Source: Corallochytrium limacisporum Hawaii (lineage: Eukaryota; Protista; Pluriformea). From it: a stretch of DNA of 43,362 nt. The notes beneath the pieces are model-generated. The model had not been told where the DNA came from and did no database searches. It saw nothing but the letters and a program-made list of their open reading frames with translations. This document shows, in pieces, positions 21,248-32,778 of the stretch. The stretch is from assembly GCA_002811645.1 (NCBI GenBank), contig PDIP01000005.1:405766-449127 (forward strand), given 5' to 3'. Position 1 is the stretch's first letter; each line of letters opens with the position of its first letter. The position numbers and the translations under genes are program-made.

Positions 21248-24200
21248 TCAGCCGGCTTTGGACTCCCCCTCAGCCCTTTCCACGGCGGCCAGCTCCTGGA
21301 GCCGCTGTTGTTCCGCGGCAATCAGACTCCGTGCTCGCTCGCGACCAATCAGACTGTCCTTCTTGCGATGCCAGCGGGACTCCTTGTGAACAGTCATTGC
21401 GTAGTGGTCGTCGCGCTGCACGGACATGGGTTCCCCACGCTCGGCCAGACGCAGGCCTTCCATGCGTTTCAGACTATTAAGCATGAAGCGCTCAATCGCC
21501 TCCGGGGAACGGTGTAGTGGGAATGCATGACATAGGTCACGCAGGACGGAGTGCATTTGACGCTGACCAAGACCCTGGTACAGGAACCACAGGATGTTGC
21601 CCATAGCATCGTAGGGGTATGTAGACGGTGCTGGGGTCCCCATGGCACCCGCAGTGGTCATGTCGGACTCGGTCAGTTCATCAACGATGGCATTAGAATT
21701 GTCGAGCATGATCTCCTCCTCAATATCCGTGGGCTCACAGTGTTTGGACACCTTCTTGGACTTTTCCCCACGGACCACCATGAGCATGCTGGTCTGCATC
21801 AGGGAATCCACAACTTCGGTCAGATTTAGGACCCGCAACCATTCCAGCGCAGGTCGCTCTCTGGCGCCCTCTGGCAGATCCAAGAGACCACTGCGGACCT
21901 GCGTGAAGAGCGCGACAAGGTCCTGTGACGGCAGCTTGCCCATCCGGCGTGTAATCGTCTTTGACAGCGTTCTGTTGGTGGCACGGTGAAGATCACAGCA
22001 GGCGAACAGCTGACCGGCAGCCTGACGGGGATCGAGGACGTCGTCCGCTCTTAAAACGGCTGAAGCAGGCGGTGCGGTGGTGGGAGACAGTGCTAGTGTC
22101 GGTGGCTGACTGGCCACACCGGTCGCGTGGCGTTCGACAATGTTTGCCGTCAGAGTGGCCAGACGGTTTCGAATTGAACGCTCCGCTCGACGCTGGGCAG
22201 GTGAGATCACGTTGCCTTTGAGTCGCTTACGATAGATCAGACGTTGCGCAATAGCAATGGCCATGTCCAGGTCTCCAAGGGACAGGCAGAGATCGTAGAC
22301 CTCCAGAGCCTCCTCGACACGCCAACCGCTAATGTAGTTGTCCGGGTCAGAGCGCATACGTAGCTCCTCTGAAGAAAGAGACCCGGACGCAAGGACGACA
22401 AGGTGAGTATTGGTGGTCAGATCCCGTGTCAGAGCACGACTTAGGCTGTGATCGGTGTCATTGGTTGTTACAAAGCCACATACTTTGGCATCGAGAAGCC
22501 CGGGCATGCGATTGCAGACCATTGCACGTATCAGAGTCATACACACGGCCTGATGTTCCTCGGACAGGGACGGTTGAGTGATCGCCAGACGAATAGTACG
22601 AAACAGACTGGTCCAGTCCTTCAACAGCCATACAGAATTAGCCGTGTCACCGTCCAGACAAAGGGTCCCGAAAATTACGGACAGGTCGTTGAGAATGGAT
22701 TGGCCTGGCCGTCCTTTCGCAATTTCGCTCTTGCTGTTGATGGAGAACAATTCGGCTAGTAGGCTACTGACAAACTTTTCTGCGCTCGCCTGGTCCCCAG
22801 CGATGCCATCATGGATGCCGTCATAAGATTCCAGGACTTGGCGCAGTTGGGAAATGACCTCGTTCTTGTCCTCTTCGTCTCCTTTCTTGATGTATCCGTC
22901 AATGTACCACGTCGCGCCTAAGGTGGCCATTACCTCTGGATCCCGGTTCAGCGCTCCCGGTGGGCCCGTACCTGTACCGTGCTCCTCCTCCATATGGTGA
23001 TACGCCGCAAACAGATCCTGGGCCGCCTCCACCTTGCCACGGCGGTTCAATGAGCGGAGACGCGCGGCCAGCAGACGGCGGTGATTGTTCTGTACAGTAC
23101 GCTCATTGACCTGAGGCGGCAACAAGTGTCCGGGCTGTAGGTACTCACCCATCTGGGAACCAATTGTGTCCAGCTTCGGGTGGTGTTCCAGCAGTCGCAA
23201 CCACCGGCTAATGGTCGGCTGAAGCCAGTAGTGACCTTTTCGGTTAGACTGCGCCAACTTCACGGCCAATTCTCCGATCGCACCGTTCTCCTCCATTTGG
23301 ATGCTACCATTGTTTTCCATCCGAAGTGCCAGTAAATTGATTGTCTGCTTGATCAAAATTTCGTAGGCATCAGATGGCAACTTGCGCTCATCGATGTTTG
23401 CCATGGTATCAATCAACGTTTCCATATCACGTGGTGAGAACCGATCATCCCTCATCAAGATACCATGCACCAGTGCTGTCATACCTGGCGGAGATATCGG
23501 CGAATGACTCAGAGCTACACACCGCTTCAGGCATTCTGTGGTGTGCTGAACATCACCAATGGCGCTGAATGCCTCCACACCACGGCGATGCATTTCTGGG
23601 AAGAGAAGCTTCTGGTTCGCGAGCACTTCCTCAGCGGACTGCAGCGTTTCCAACTGGGCCCAATAGTGCTTTACTGCGGTCTCGTTGGACCGCATGGCAG
23701 CACTTGTGAGCAATCGCAGGTAAGTCGTAAACTGCTTTTCCTGGGAGGCCTGCAGGGAGGCCACTGGTTTGTAAATACCACCGATGGTGCGGGACATGGA
23801 TTTTGATCCCATCTGCGGACCTCCGTCGTGGTGGAGGACGATGCCATGCATGTTCGCCAAGGCGAAGTCCATAATGAGAGCGGCATCCGCATCTTTAGTC
23901 ACAGTAAAGTGATCATGGATACGATGAAGGCTGGATGGCACCACCGCCGCCGGTTGCGTATACAATTCAGGACGCAACGTTGGGTAAAATGAGATGTTTT
24001 CTCCGTTCAGCACAGCCTGTGCAAGGGGGTGGGGTTTGAGTGCATGATAGAAGAGTGTCGTTCTCCGAACCTGGTCAATCATCATCTCGTTCAAGTCCAT
24101 CAATCGTTCACTATCCAGTGAACTTGAAGCTGGCGGAATATACAATTGAAAGTTGGGGAACCAACGCAAGCTATCAGTGCGCCGCTTCTGTGAATCACGA

Positions 24201-26623
24201 GTTTGAAACTCCTTTGTGCGAGACACCTGTCTACGCAATTCCACCTTGAACACCACCGGATCCGGCACCTTGATGTTCTCATCAACTACGGCAGCAGGCT
24301 GTGTAGTGACGAAGTGAGTAGCCGGAGGGGGCAACTTGGACTCCAGGGTTGAAGCACTTGGAGCTGGACTTGTTGTTTCAGTCCCTGTGATGATCTTGGT
24401 GTTTCCGTTGGTCTCGCACTCTTGACGATCTGGCAGTGGATGCACTTTCGAAGCCACACCCCCAGTCTGGGCAGGAGCGGCGGCCTCGGACGACATTGGC
24501 ACTGCCTCGGGAATGCGTGCTGCCTTTTCGGAGAACCTTGTTACGGCTGGCAAGTCCGTCTCGTAGCCTTTGTGGATATGTCTCGGCACTGCCACTGTCT
24601 CCATAGCGTTGGCTGTCTCTGCAGAAGTTTGCTTTGCCTCAGACTGTTCATAGCTCTTAAACATTCCTGTACTCTCCAGATCCTGCCACAGGGCTCGTCC
24701 GGCCTCAGTCTTGGAACAGACCTTCCTTATCACTTCTTCAGTTCTACTGACTGGGATTAAATTCTGCGCAGTGGCGATCTCTAAAGCCTTTCTGATGGCT
24801 TGAAAGTCTTTGTAGTCCACCAATCGGTTGAACAGCTTACCGATCAAAGAAGGCGCATATCCCATATTTACATTGCGACATTCAATCAAGCAATTCAGTG
24901 CTTCCCTCCACAGTCCCGTTGCCGTCAACGCTGTGAACAAAATCTCTACAGTTTCCTTTGTGTAAGACCGAGTGCTACTCATGTGGAAGAGATGTTGCGC
25001 CTTTATCAGATCCCATGCTTTCCGCATACCTTCGGTGTCCTTCATTTTCTGGAAAGCGATAGCTGCAACCTGATGGGCGTTACCGTGGATAGGTTCCTCA
25101 GTGTCGACTGCCATTTGGTACAAATCCAATGCCTGCGGATACAGACCTAGTTTAACGTAGCCGCTCATCATAGGTGCCAAAATACCATGGGTATAGTACC
25201 AACCCCTTTTTTCGATGAAGGACCCTATGCCATCCAATGCTGGTCGATCACGGAAATGCATGGCTCGCTTAATGGCCCGGTGTAAATATCGCATGACCCG
25301 GTCATCTTCCGGCAATGCGTCTCGCTTGTAAAGTCCCATGGTTGGATTCTCAAGTCTTGGTCCTGACTCGACTTCACTGTATAGCCACTGGATGGCATGG
25401 TCAAAGTGTCCAGACTCTGTGAACGAAAAGAGTAGTCGACTCCGCACCTGCGGTTCTATGTTGGGTACCTTTTCCTTGATCTCCAGGTATTCTTTCCACA
25501 TCTTGTGTGGGTCTTGGGTGTGCGCGATGGCAGTCACCAGCAGATCAAGGCTACTGGCCGTTGGGGTTTGGCAATCATCCAGTAGACAATCAAAGAGGTA
25601 ACGACTAACATCTGGACGAGGTGGGTCATATGCAACCACGATACGCAGCAAATGATCATAGTGTTTGCGCTGCAGCTTTTGTCCATTGTTTCGCAAAAAA
25701 TCCAGAGTACTCAAACCGTCACCAACTTGCTGGAGATCGAAAAGACTACGCGTCAGAGCCATGAAAGTTTTTGTGTTCATGGTTTCCGGATTCTGTTCAA
25801 CTTGTTCAATGAGAGCCTTCTTCACCTTTTGCACAGATGGAATATCCCGATTGAGGGTGTACATTTTGAGCAATGACCACCAAGTCTGCTGCATGGGTTG
25901 ACACCTCTGGTTCATCATTTCGTAGAGGACTCGTTCACTATTTTCATTGTCCAAGCATTCCGTGTAAGCCCACAGCAGCCGATGGTAGTAATGAGCGTTC
26001 ACAACGAAATCTCCTTCCGTGACCGCGCTTTCAATAACTTTCACTAGTTCTAATCGCTTGTGCTTCCTGAAATACAGTTGGTTCTCTGCCAGCAGAGTCA
26101 ATGCGAAGTGGTACGCGCTCGGGTAGAAAGTGGGAGCGTTAGCCAGGTCATTCTTGATGACCCGCTCAGCAGTGTCCTGTCTCCGTTCACGGAGCGCCTT
26201 TTCAAGCTGTAGAATGATTTCCCGTTCACCTTTCTGTTCCTGGAACTTTAAAATGCGTGACCATTTCTTGAACTCACTCTGCAGATTCCGATACACTTGG
26301 TCTGTTAGTTGGTGGTCCACTTCGTCTTCCATTTCAATATCTTTTAATGGATCGAGCTGTGCTCTTGGTGCTCCACTAAATTCGTCTATGTTTTCACCCA
26401 TTCCATTTGCTCCTGAAGGCGCAGCTCGCTGAGCTGGCCTCGACCGTGTGGGAGGCGGCCGTGGTGATGGCGCACTAGAGGACTCCAACGAGGGCAGCCG
26501 GTGGATGCTACCCCTTGCTGGTGTCTCATTACTAATTAGGCGAACTCCAGTCCAACGGGTTCCAGATCGAGTGCCTCCATACCAAACGGTCCTTCCCAAG
26601 GACCGACCCAGGGAACTAAACAT
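21248..26623 (-). CDS. Large pentatricopeptide-repeat (PPR)-like protein, probably mitochondrial RNA-binding, 1791 aa
   Basis: Single 5.4-kb ORF. The first ~30 aa are Arg/Ser/Thr-rich and acid-free (presequence-like). Roughly 35-aa helical repeats include YYHRLLWAYTECLDNENSERVLYEMMNQRCQPMQQ, TFMALTRSLFDLQQVGDGLSTLDFLRNNGQKLQRK and ILAPMMSGYVKLGLYPQALDLYQMAVDTEEPIHGN. Confidence 0.75.
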   Translation of the reverse strand: MFSSLGRSLGRTVWYGGTRSGTRWTGVRLISNETPARGSIHRLPSLESSSAPSPRPPPTRSRPAQRAAPSGANGMGENIDEFSGAPRAQLDPLKDIEMEDEVDHQLTDQVYRNLQSEFKKWSRILKFQEQKGEREIILQLEKALRERRQDTAERVIKNDLANAPTFYPSAYHFALTLLAENQLYFRKHKRLELVKVIESAVTEGDFVVNAHYYHRLLWAYTECLDNENSERVLYEMMNQRCQPMQQTWWSLLKMYTLNRDIPSVQKVKKALIEQVEQNPETMNTKTFMALTRSLFDLQQVGDGLSTLDFLRNNGQKLQRKHYDHLLRIVVAYDPPRPDVSRYLFDCLLDDCQTPTASSLDLLVTAIAHTQDPHKMWKEYLEIKEKVPNIEPQVRSRLLFSFTESGHFDHAIQWLYSEVESGPRLENPTMGLYKRDALPEDDRVMRYLHRAIKRAMHFRDRPALDGIGSFIEKRGWYYTHGILAPMMSGYVKLGLYPQALDLYQMAVDTEEPIHGNAHQVAAIAFQKMKDTEGMRKAWDLIKAQHLFHMSSTRSYTKETVEILFTALTATGLWREALNCLIECRNVNMGYAPSLIGKLFNRLVDYKDFQAIRKALEIATAQNLIPVSRTEEVIRKVCSKTEAGRALWQDLESTGMFKSYEQSEAKQTSAETANAMETVAVPRHIHKGYETDLPAVTRFSEKAARIPEAVPMSSEAAAPAQTGGVASKVHPLPDRQECETNGNTKIITGTETTSPAPSASTLESKLPPPATHFVTTQPAAVVDENIKVPDPVVFKVELRRQVSRTKEFQTRDSQKRRTDSLRWFPNFQLYIPPASSSLDSERLMDLNEMMIDQVRRTTLFYHALKPHPLAQAVLNGENISFYPTLRPELYTQPAAVVPSSLHRIHDHFTVTKDADAALIMDFALANMHGIVLHHDGGPQMGSKSMSRTIGGIYKPVASLQASQEKQFTTYLRLLTSAAMRSNETAVKHYWAQLETLQSAEEVLANQKLLFPEMHRRGVEAFSAIGDVQHTTECLKRCVALSHSPISPPGMTALVHGILMRDDRFSPRDMETLIDTMANIDERKLPSDAYEILIKQTINLLALRMENNGSIQMEENGAIGELAVKLAQSNRKGHYWLQPTISRWLRLLEHHPKLDTIGSQMGEYLQPGHLLPPQVNERTVQNNHRRLLAARLRSLNRRGKVEAAQDLFAAYHHMEEEHGTGTGPPGALNRDPEVMATLGATWYIDGYIKKGDEEDKNEVISQLRQVLESYDGIHDGIAGDQASAEKFVSSLLAELFSINSKSEIAKGRPGQSILNDLSVIFGTLCLDGDTANSVWLLKDWTSLFRTIRLAITQPSLSEEHQAVCMTLIRAMVCNRMPGLLDAKVCGFVTTNDTDHSLSRALTRDLTTNTHLVVLASGSLSSEELRMRSDPDNYISGWRVEEALEVYDLCLSLGDLDMAIAIAQRLIYRKRLKGNVISPAQRRAERSIRNRLATLTANIVERHATGVASQPPTLALSPTTAPPASAVLRADDVLDPRQAAGQLFACCDLHRATNRTLSKTITRRMGKLPSQDLVALFTQVRSGLLDLPEGARERPALEWLRVLNLTEVVDSLMQTSMLMVVRGEKSKKVSKHCEPTDIEEEIMLDNSNAIVDELTESDMTTAGAMGTPAPSTYPYDAMGNILWFLYQGLGQRQMHSVLRDLCHAFPLHRSPEAIERFMLNSLKRMEGLRLAERGEPMSVQRDDHYAMTVHKESRWHRKKDSLIGRERARSLIAAEQQRLQELAAVERAEGESKAG

Positions 26624-29169
26624 TTGTCTCCTTATCCAAGGTCAACAAACATAGTCAGATTTGTTCCTCTCACATCTTAGCCATGTCCTCACTCAAGATA
26701 ACGTCACTGTTATGATCCCTCTATACGCCACAATGAGACCGCTAAAGGGACACGGTATATGCGAACCGGAATACTTGTTGGTGGAGTATGCGTACCAACG
26801 TGTGTTTTGAAATAGCCAGTCCGGCCCTCTACGTGTGCACTGCTAGTGTATCCCCGCCACCCCTTGAGTGGTTTTGACCCCTCTTGAGTAGAAGGTCAAA
26901 AATGGGACAGCGGCCCAAGCAATACGTGAAGGAATCACTGGTGCTCGAAACGGGAGTCTATTTTATTTATTTTGTACCATTGGTAAATCTTGCCCACCTC
27001 CCCGCTTTCCAGAAAGCGAGTTCCAATGGTACTAAGACATTTTCCCATATCGAGAACGATGACGGTGGATAGGGTGGAGCACCAAAGTAGAGCTCACATG
27101 TGGGCCATTGGGGAGGGGGGGGCGCGATCGCCTCTCAATATACGGAAATCTTGTAAAAAGAGGGGAAGTACCAGTACATTAGCATGACACAGCTTCACGG
27201 TGAGGTCCCGGGCAGAGTATGTTTGATGTGCAAATAGCTGCGAAATTTCGGATCTAGTACTGCGAGCGGCCCGTATGTACGGTCCAGGAGTCTAACCATC
27301 TTGGGTTACCGGTGGGTTGCAAAGCTAACAAAGCGAACCGAGAGATTTGGAAAACCTAAGCCGAGAATCGGACATCGTGTATACTGGATTGTTAACTTCC
27401 ACTTACGTCCGGGATTCGGGATTCTAGTGTGTTGAATGAAAGTTACATGTGCTAGGTTGCATTCTATTTCGTAGATTCTCGCGTGCCGGTAGACTCCGGC
27501 ATGGGTGTAATTCCCACAAAACCCCTGCAATGAGCATACAATTGAATGGGTGCTTGTCTCTGACACAACCGCGACCGAACCTACCCATTTTAGCATGTTT
27601 GTGTGCACACGGTTACCAAGTAAAACTTCTGATCACTTTGCAGAAGTCTGACAGAGAGTTAAAGAGGGGAGAGTGACGATGACAAAGCCCACAGCAGCGA
27701 GCGGAGAAGCCGATCCTCCCCCGAAGCTGCTGGTGCCCCCGGCAGCACTAGTAACCTGACCTTTGGTGGTGTGCTAATGCATATATTCATGTTCTTCGGG
27801 GATGAGACACTGTATACGTCACGGTCTTCGTGGTGCGGGCTACAAGGGGCTTACATTCGTATTGGCACTAATCAAGAAATTTTGCACTATCAGTGAAGTG
27901 TGCACTATTCCTGGCGAGTTTGTGCTGCTGGTATTGTATGGTAGTTCTGCTTTCTTGTTATGGACCGCATGCAAAAGATTAGGAGAAGTAGCATGTTGCT
28001 CGAATGCGAACCACATGCAATGATAGTTCCGACGATATTGCGGACTGGCAAGCTTCATTCTATTCAAATATTAAGACTTCGGGGTTAATATCCGGTCCAC
28101 GAGCTTATTCACGGCCTCGCTGGCAATGCTTCAAGGCAAATAGTTCGAAAGGCAAGACGGGTAACTTTAAACGGTGTCCCCACCGTCATGCGTACGCTGT
28201 ATCGCATGAACTCACCTCGTCCAGAATGAACACCGAGGGGTGGGCACTGGAACGCGAGTAGAAAACCCGGCCACTGGACACGTTCTTTTTGTTTTGTTAG
28301 ACGAAGAGAGACCACCAAAACAGATTAATAAATTTTCATCGGCTCCACGCACACATCAGAAGGGGGTTTCGCCCCGTCTGAAAGAACTTCGATTACGAAC
28401 GATCTTTGCAGGTAGGTGGTAGTGTTTGATTGCCATTTGGCGCAGGTGCAGGACGTTGAGGAGGAGATGCAGCATGTGGCAATAGAAACATTGGATCACC
28501 CAGCGGTCGGTCCGGACGTTTCCCAAGTTATTCGTTTCTCTCCTGTTGGTGAGACCGTTGTTCTCTTTGTCACAGAAATCCTACTCGACATCGGCACAGA
28601 TCCAAAATAGTCATACGTTTCCGGGAGTTCCAGAGCACATGCGCATCAAGTCTCGGACAGACCAAAGAGGCACCTCACACAGCATTATGACGAGGGAGTA
28701 CATGTGGCCCTCGGGGCAAATGCGGTTGGATCGGACCGGGTCAGACAGGCAATTGGCGCACCTCTACGGCATATCCGACACCAAGAATATATAGCAAAGG
28801 TTCGACACCTTCGTTCTGAATCGAGAGAATATTCGTTGTTGTGTAAGAGAAACGAAAGCATCGGTCAGAGGTCTGGGGACCTCTACGTGGCCACTCGTCT
28901 ATTTTGACACAAGCCGTCGGCGCATGGCATATTGCTCAACGAGTTTCTTGTTGAATATATCCCGACATGCTTCAAACATGATCACCTGCCCCTGGAGATG
29001 CAAATCTTCGGGTCTCCATGTCGTCCGCAATGCTCTCACCAAATTCTGATTTGTTCGCTCACCCCCACCTCCCTTTACTTGCCTCTCCTCTCCCCCCTTT
29101 TTCCCGTATTACGCCCGGGCGAATTTGGCCAAGGGGCAAGCCCCTCCCACTCTTTCCCTCGTCCCCCCC

Positions 29170-29430
29170 NNNNNNNNNNNNNNNNNNNNNNNNNNNNNNN
29201 NNNNNNNNNNNNNNNNNNNNNNNNNNNNNNNNNNNNNNNNNNNNNNNNNNNNNNNNNNNNNNNNNNNNNNNNNNNNNNNNNNNNNNNNNNNNNNNNNNNN
29301 NNNNNNNNNNNNNNNNNNNNNNNNNNNNNNNNNNNNNNNNNNNNNNNNNNNNNNNNNNNNNNNNNNNNNNNNNNNNNNNNNNNNNNNNNNNNNNNNNNNN
29401 NNNNNNNNNNNNNNNNNNNNNNNNNNNNNN
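29170..29430. other. Assembly gap flanked by poly-C
   Basis: Run of N. Confidence 1.
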
Positions 29431-29828
29431 CCCCCCCCCCCCTTCCCCACCCCGGGCGGGTCTCCTCCTGTCGCTCCGCCTTCTTTCCCATCCCGGAAAC
29501 GAGCGTATGATACGACCCCGCTCCGGTCGGGTAATCCTGGTTGGGCCACACGCTTGCAGTTGAGGCACTGCCCAGTAGTAATTGTACTGAAGGGATCCAA
29601 CCTGTCTTTGGACTCTTTTTTCATAGCCTCCCTCGCCTCCTCCACTCCCTGCCCTTCCCACCTCTCTGTCTACCCCGCTTGGCTGCTCTGCAGCCCCCTT
29701 CCCTGCATGGTTAGGGCTTGCCGCCCACACGAACGATGGGCCGAGAGCGAGGGAGGGAAGAAGAGTTTGGGAGAAATGGCAGCAAAGTGGAAAGAACATT
29801 AAGAGCCGAAGGGAGAACCCCCCCCCCC

Positions 29829-29885
29829 NNNNNNNNNNNNNNNNNNNNNNNNNNNNNNNNNNNNNNNNNNNNNNNNNNNNNNNNN
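29829..29885. other. Assembly gap flanked by poly-C
   Basis: Run of N. Confidence 1.
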
Positions 29886-30584
29886 CCCCCCCAACCTTTG
29901 CCACGATTGGCTCCTCTTCTCTCTCTCTCCCTCTCTCGCTCTGCCGTGTCCACCACGGACTGAGACCCCACCTGGTGGTGCCAGAACCCAACCAAAAAGA
30001 AAAGTCTTGGAGCAGAAAACGAGTAAATTCCATCAAAGGACCAAGAAAGTTTAAGCAAGGCCAAAAATACTTTTCTAATTTTTTTCTGTTTCGGTTGAGG
30101 GGGGGGGCATGGAGAGTCAGCTCAACGGTTTTTTTTGGTTGGGGCCAAAAATACCCAAGTTTTTCTAAACATCTGCTGATGTAAAACCGTCCCTCCGCAT
30201 TTTGTCATCATCGCGGCCGTTTGACATATTGAGCGAGTATCGAGACGTTAATTCCTAGCAATTCGCACCACCACCACACACACTGGCGGCTGGCAGCCCA
30301 CAATTGTGGCCGAGGTAACGGAATGGTCGGCCATGCCATGCCACGGGGTGCACCGGCATCACGTAAAGGTACCCCAAGGGCGACGATGGCGCAAGGCGAG
30401 AGCTGAAGGTGGGTACTCCGTACACACAGGCACTGCCTTCTTTCCGTGATAATCTCTCATTTCTCACTTCAAACTTGCCACAGCGCGTCCGGACTCCTTT
30501 CCCTGGACAAGAGTGAGGGATTCCGTCAGAACCGTGCCGCGTCTCGCCCTCCTTTCACGTTCACACTTTTTATCGCTTCTCATT

Positions 30585-30817
30585 NNNNNNNNNNNNNNNN
30601 NNNNNNNNNNNNNNNNNNNNNNNNNNNNNNNNNNNNNNNNNNNNNNNNNNNNNNNNNNNNNNNNNNNNNNNNNNNNNNNNNNNNNNNNNNNNNNNNNNNN
30701 NNNNNNNNNNNNNNNNNNNNNNNNNNNNNNNNNNNNNNNNNNNNNNNNNNNNNNNNNNNNNNNNNNNNNNNNNNNNNNNNNNNNNNNNNNNNNNNNNNNN
30801 NNNNNNNNNNNNNNNNN
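30585..30817. other. Assembly gap
   Basis: Run of N. Confidence 1.
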
Positions 30818-32778
30818 TTTGGTACGGAGGTGACATGCCGAGCAAACGTGCCAACGAAAATGGCGTGTGGCGACGACTGTGTCGAATGCTCCCGGCTGTA
30901 GCAGTCAATGGTAGAGCAACTTCTCACTATATAAAATGTACTAGAAATTTATCAATCTAAGATAGCACCAGCCTTAAATCAATCACCAGAGGGAGGACAC
31001 AGTTTTCCATGGAACCGACCTAATGAAACAGAGGTTGCCCCCTTCCCCGCCTCCTTAGGTTTCCTTACGAAAAGCATGGCGTGAACCTTCACGGGCGACT
31101 GCTCTGGGGTTTTTGTGCACCGGAATTCACCCACCACCACACTCAAAAACTCAGCTTTTTGAAACCAGAACCCCCCCCCCGGGGGGGAGGACCCCGGGGA
31201 GGGGAGAGGAAGGAGGCGGAGGAGGACCTCGTCGAGGTCCGGACATCTCCCCTTCTCTTTTTTCGTTTGGCCCAGGGGAAGTAAGCCCCAATCCGCCCCC
31301 CCCTTCCCTCTCCTCTCCCTTTCCTTCGCGATAGGCAGGGAGACGGTTCTTAGTCGAGCCGACGCCGGAAATCGGGCAAGAAATGAAAGTTTACCGCGGG
31401 AAATGGGAAAAACCTACGGGAGCGAACATGTGGAGTGCACATGCCATCCAAATGGGTTGTTGCTTGTTTGGTGCCATCCGAGTCGGGTAGGTCTGTCCGA
31501 GTGAAGGGGAAAAGGGGAAACTGGCGAACTCTTTTCTAAAACAAAATGGACTGCAACCGAAGGAAGAGTAAGGGGAAGGCCTGGGTTGTGGAACCATTGG
31601 CGGTGGAACAAGGTTTAGGATTTCACAGGACCGATGGACGTTGAAGATATCAGCAAGCCCTGATCTCTGAAGGCAGAAGAAAGATCCTTCCCTTCCCTTT
31701 CCCTCCCAAACCAAATCCCCACCCCTCGACCCCGGTGGTGAGGGGGCCGGGGAGACTTCATATTTTCGATTCCCACTCTATCTTGCGTTGGCAGCGGCAC
31801 CCCGCAAAAACACAGACAGAGTCTAAATAAAACGGAGGTTGGCGATGGGCGCGAGTGACAAGAAAGTCCGAGAACTGAGCAAGGTACACGCCGAAGAGAA
31901 TTGGGTGTTTAATACTTAATGTATGGACTATTTCTGGGGATATGTGAATTCTTTGGCTCCCCGATTTCCTTACCGCGCTACATTGTCTTGCTTCCTGTGC
32001 CGAAACGAGAACCGGGCTGTCGCACTGCTGCGGGGTGGCGATGTTTATCATTGCGTGTCTTTTGCTAACTTTTTAGAGGGGGAAAACTATAGGCGCTGGT
32101 GAAAGTGAGACCGGTGTGCAGAGCCCCGCAGGCGGTGGGGAAGTGCTGCTGGTGGACAATCAGGCAGGCCTGCGTCACCGTCGTCCGTCTCTCTCAGACT
32201 CTCGCTGTCTTCGGGATTACGCACCACTCTTCTCACACTCGCATGCGCGCACGGGAAAACAGATAGGCACGGTTTCATCGGTTGATGTGCTGAAACTTCT
32301 CTCCGTTAGATTTTCATGAACGCAATAGATAGATTGTCAAGAACACTGGGAGGCGCAGTCCCGTTCAACTATGTGATCAATGATTCGCTGTGTGTCAACG
32401 AGTTATTTGAAGGTCACAATCTAAATACGTATGGGGGAATGGGAGCCTAGTGTATGATTGTCTCCACAGGACTGTTCAAGAAGACAAGGGTTGTTGACAA
32501 ACTTTAACAGTGCGCGCACTTATTTTGGCAGACACACCGTGGTCGAGGAGAGCGTATAGAATTGTCCTGTCCACCTGACGTGCGGGAAAATGTACCAGCC
32601 ATATTGTACACAGAGAGAGAAAGAGTAAGACATAGTGCAAGGAAAGATGAAAGGACATGGCGTAATTACGGAATACGGTAAAGAAAAGGAGTTCTGATAA
32701 AACGTCGTGAAGTAAAGAAAGAGGTGCTCAAGTGGGTTAAGGATGTGACATCCCAGCCTCAGGAGATACAAACTGAAA

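Noticed and set aside
28728-28794. DRTGSDRQLAHLYGISDT resembling a PIF/Harbinger transposase helix-turn-helix
   Set aside because: Only a short motif, followed by a stop; no DDE motifs or terminal inverted repeats seen.
28797-28811. T-arm-like hairpin aaggTTCGACAcctt
   Set aside because: No acceptor stem, D-arm or anticodon arm around it.
30890-30920. tRNA-like 5' half (cccggctgtagcagtcaatggtagagca)
   Set aside because: A-box spacing is off, and no B-box or cloverleaf follows.
32116-32319. Short ORF with VLLVDN (receiver-like) as a possible upstream exon of the PDE
   Set aside because: No other receiver motifs, and the PDE ORF already begins with a complete H-NOX N-terminus.
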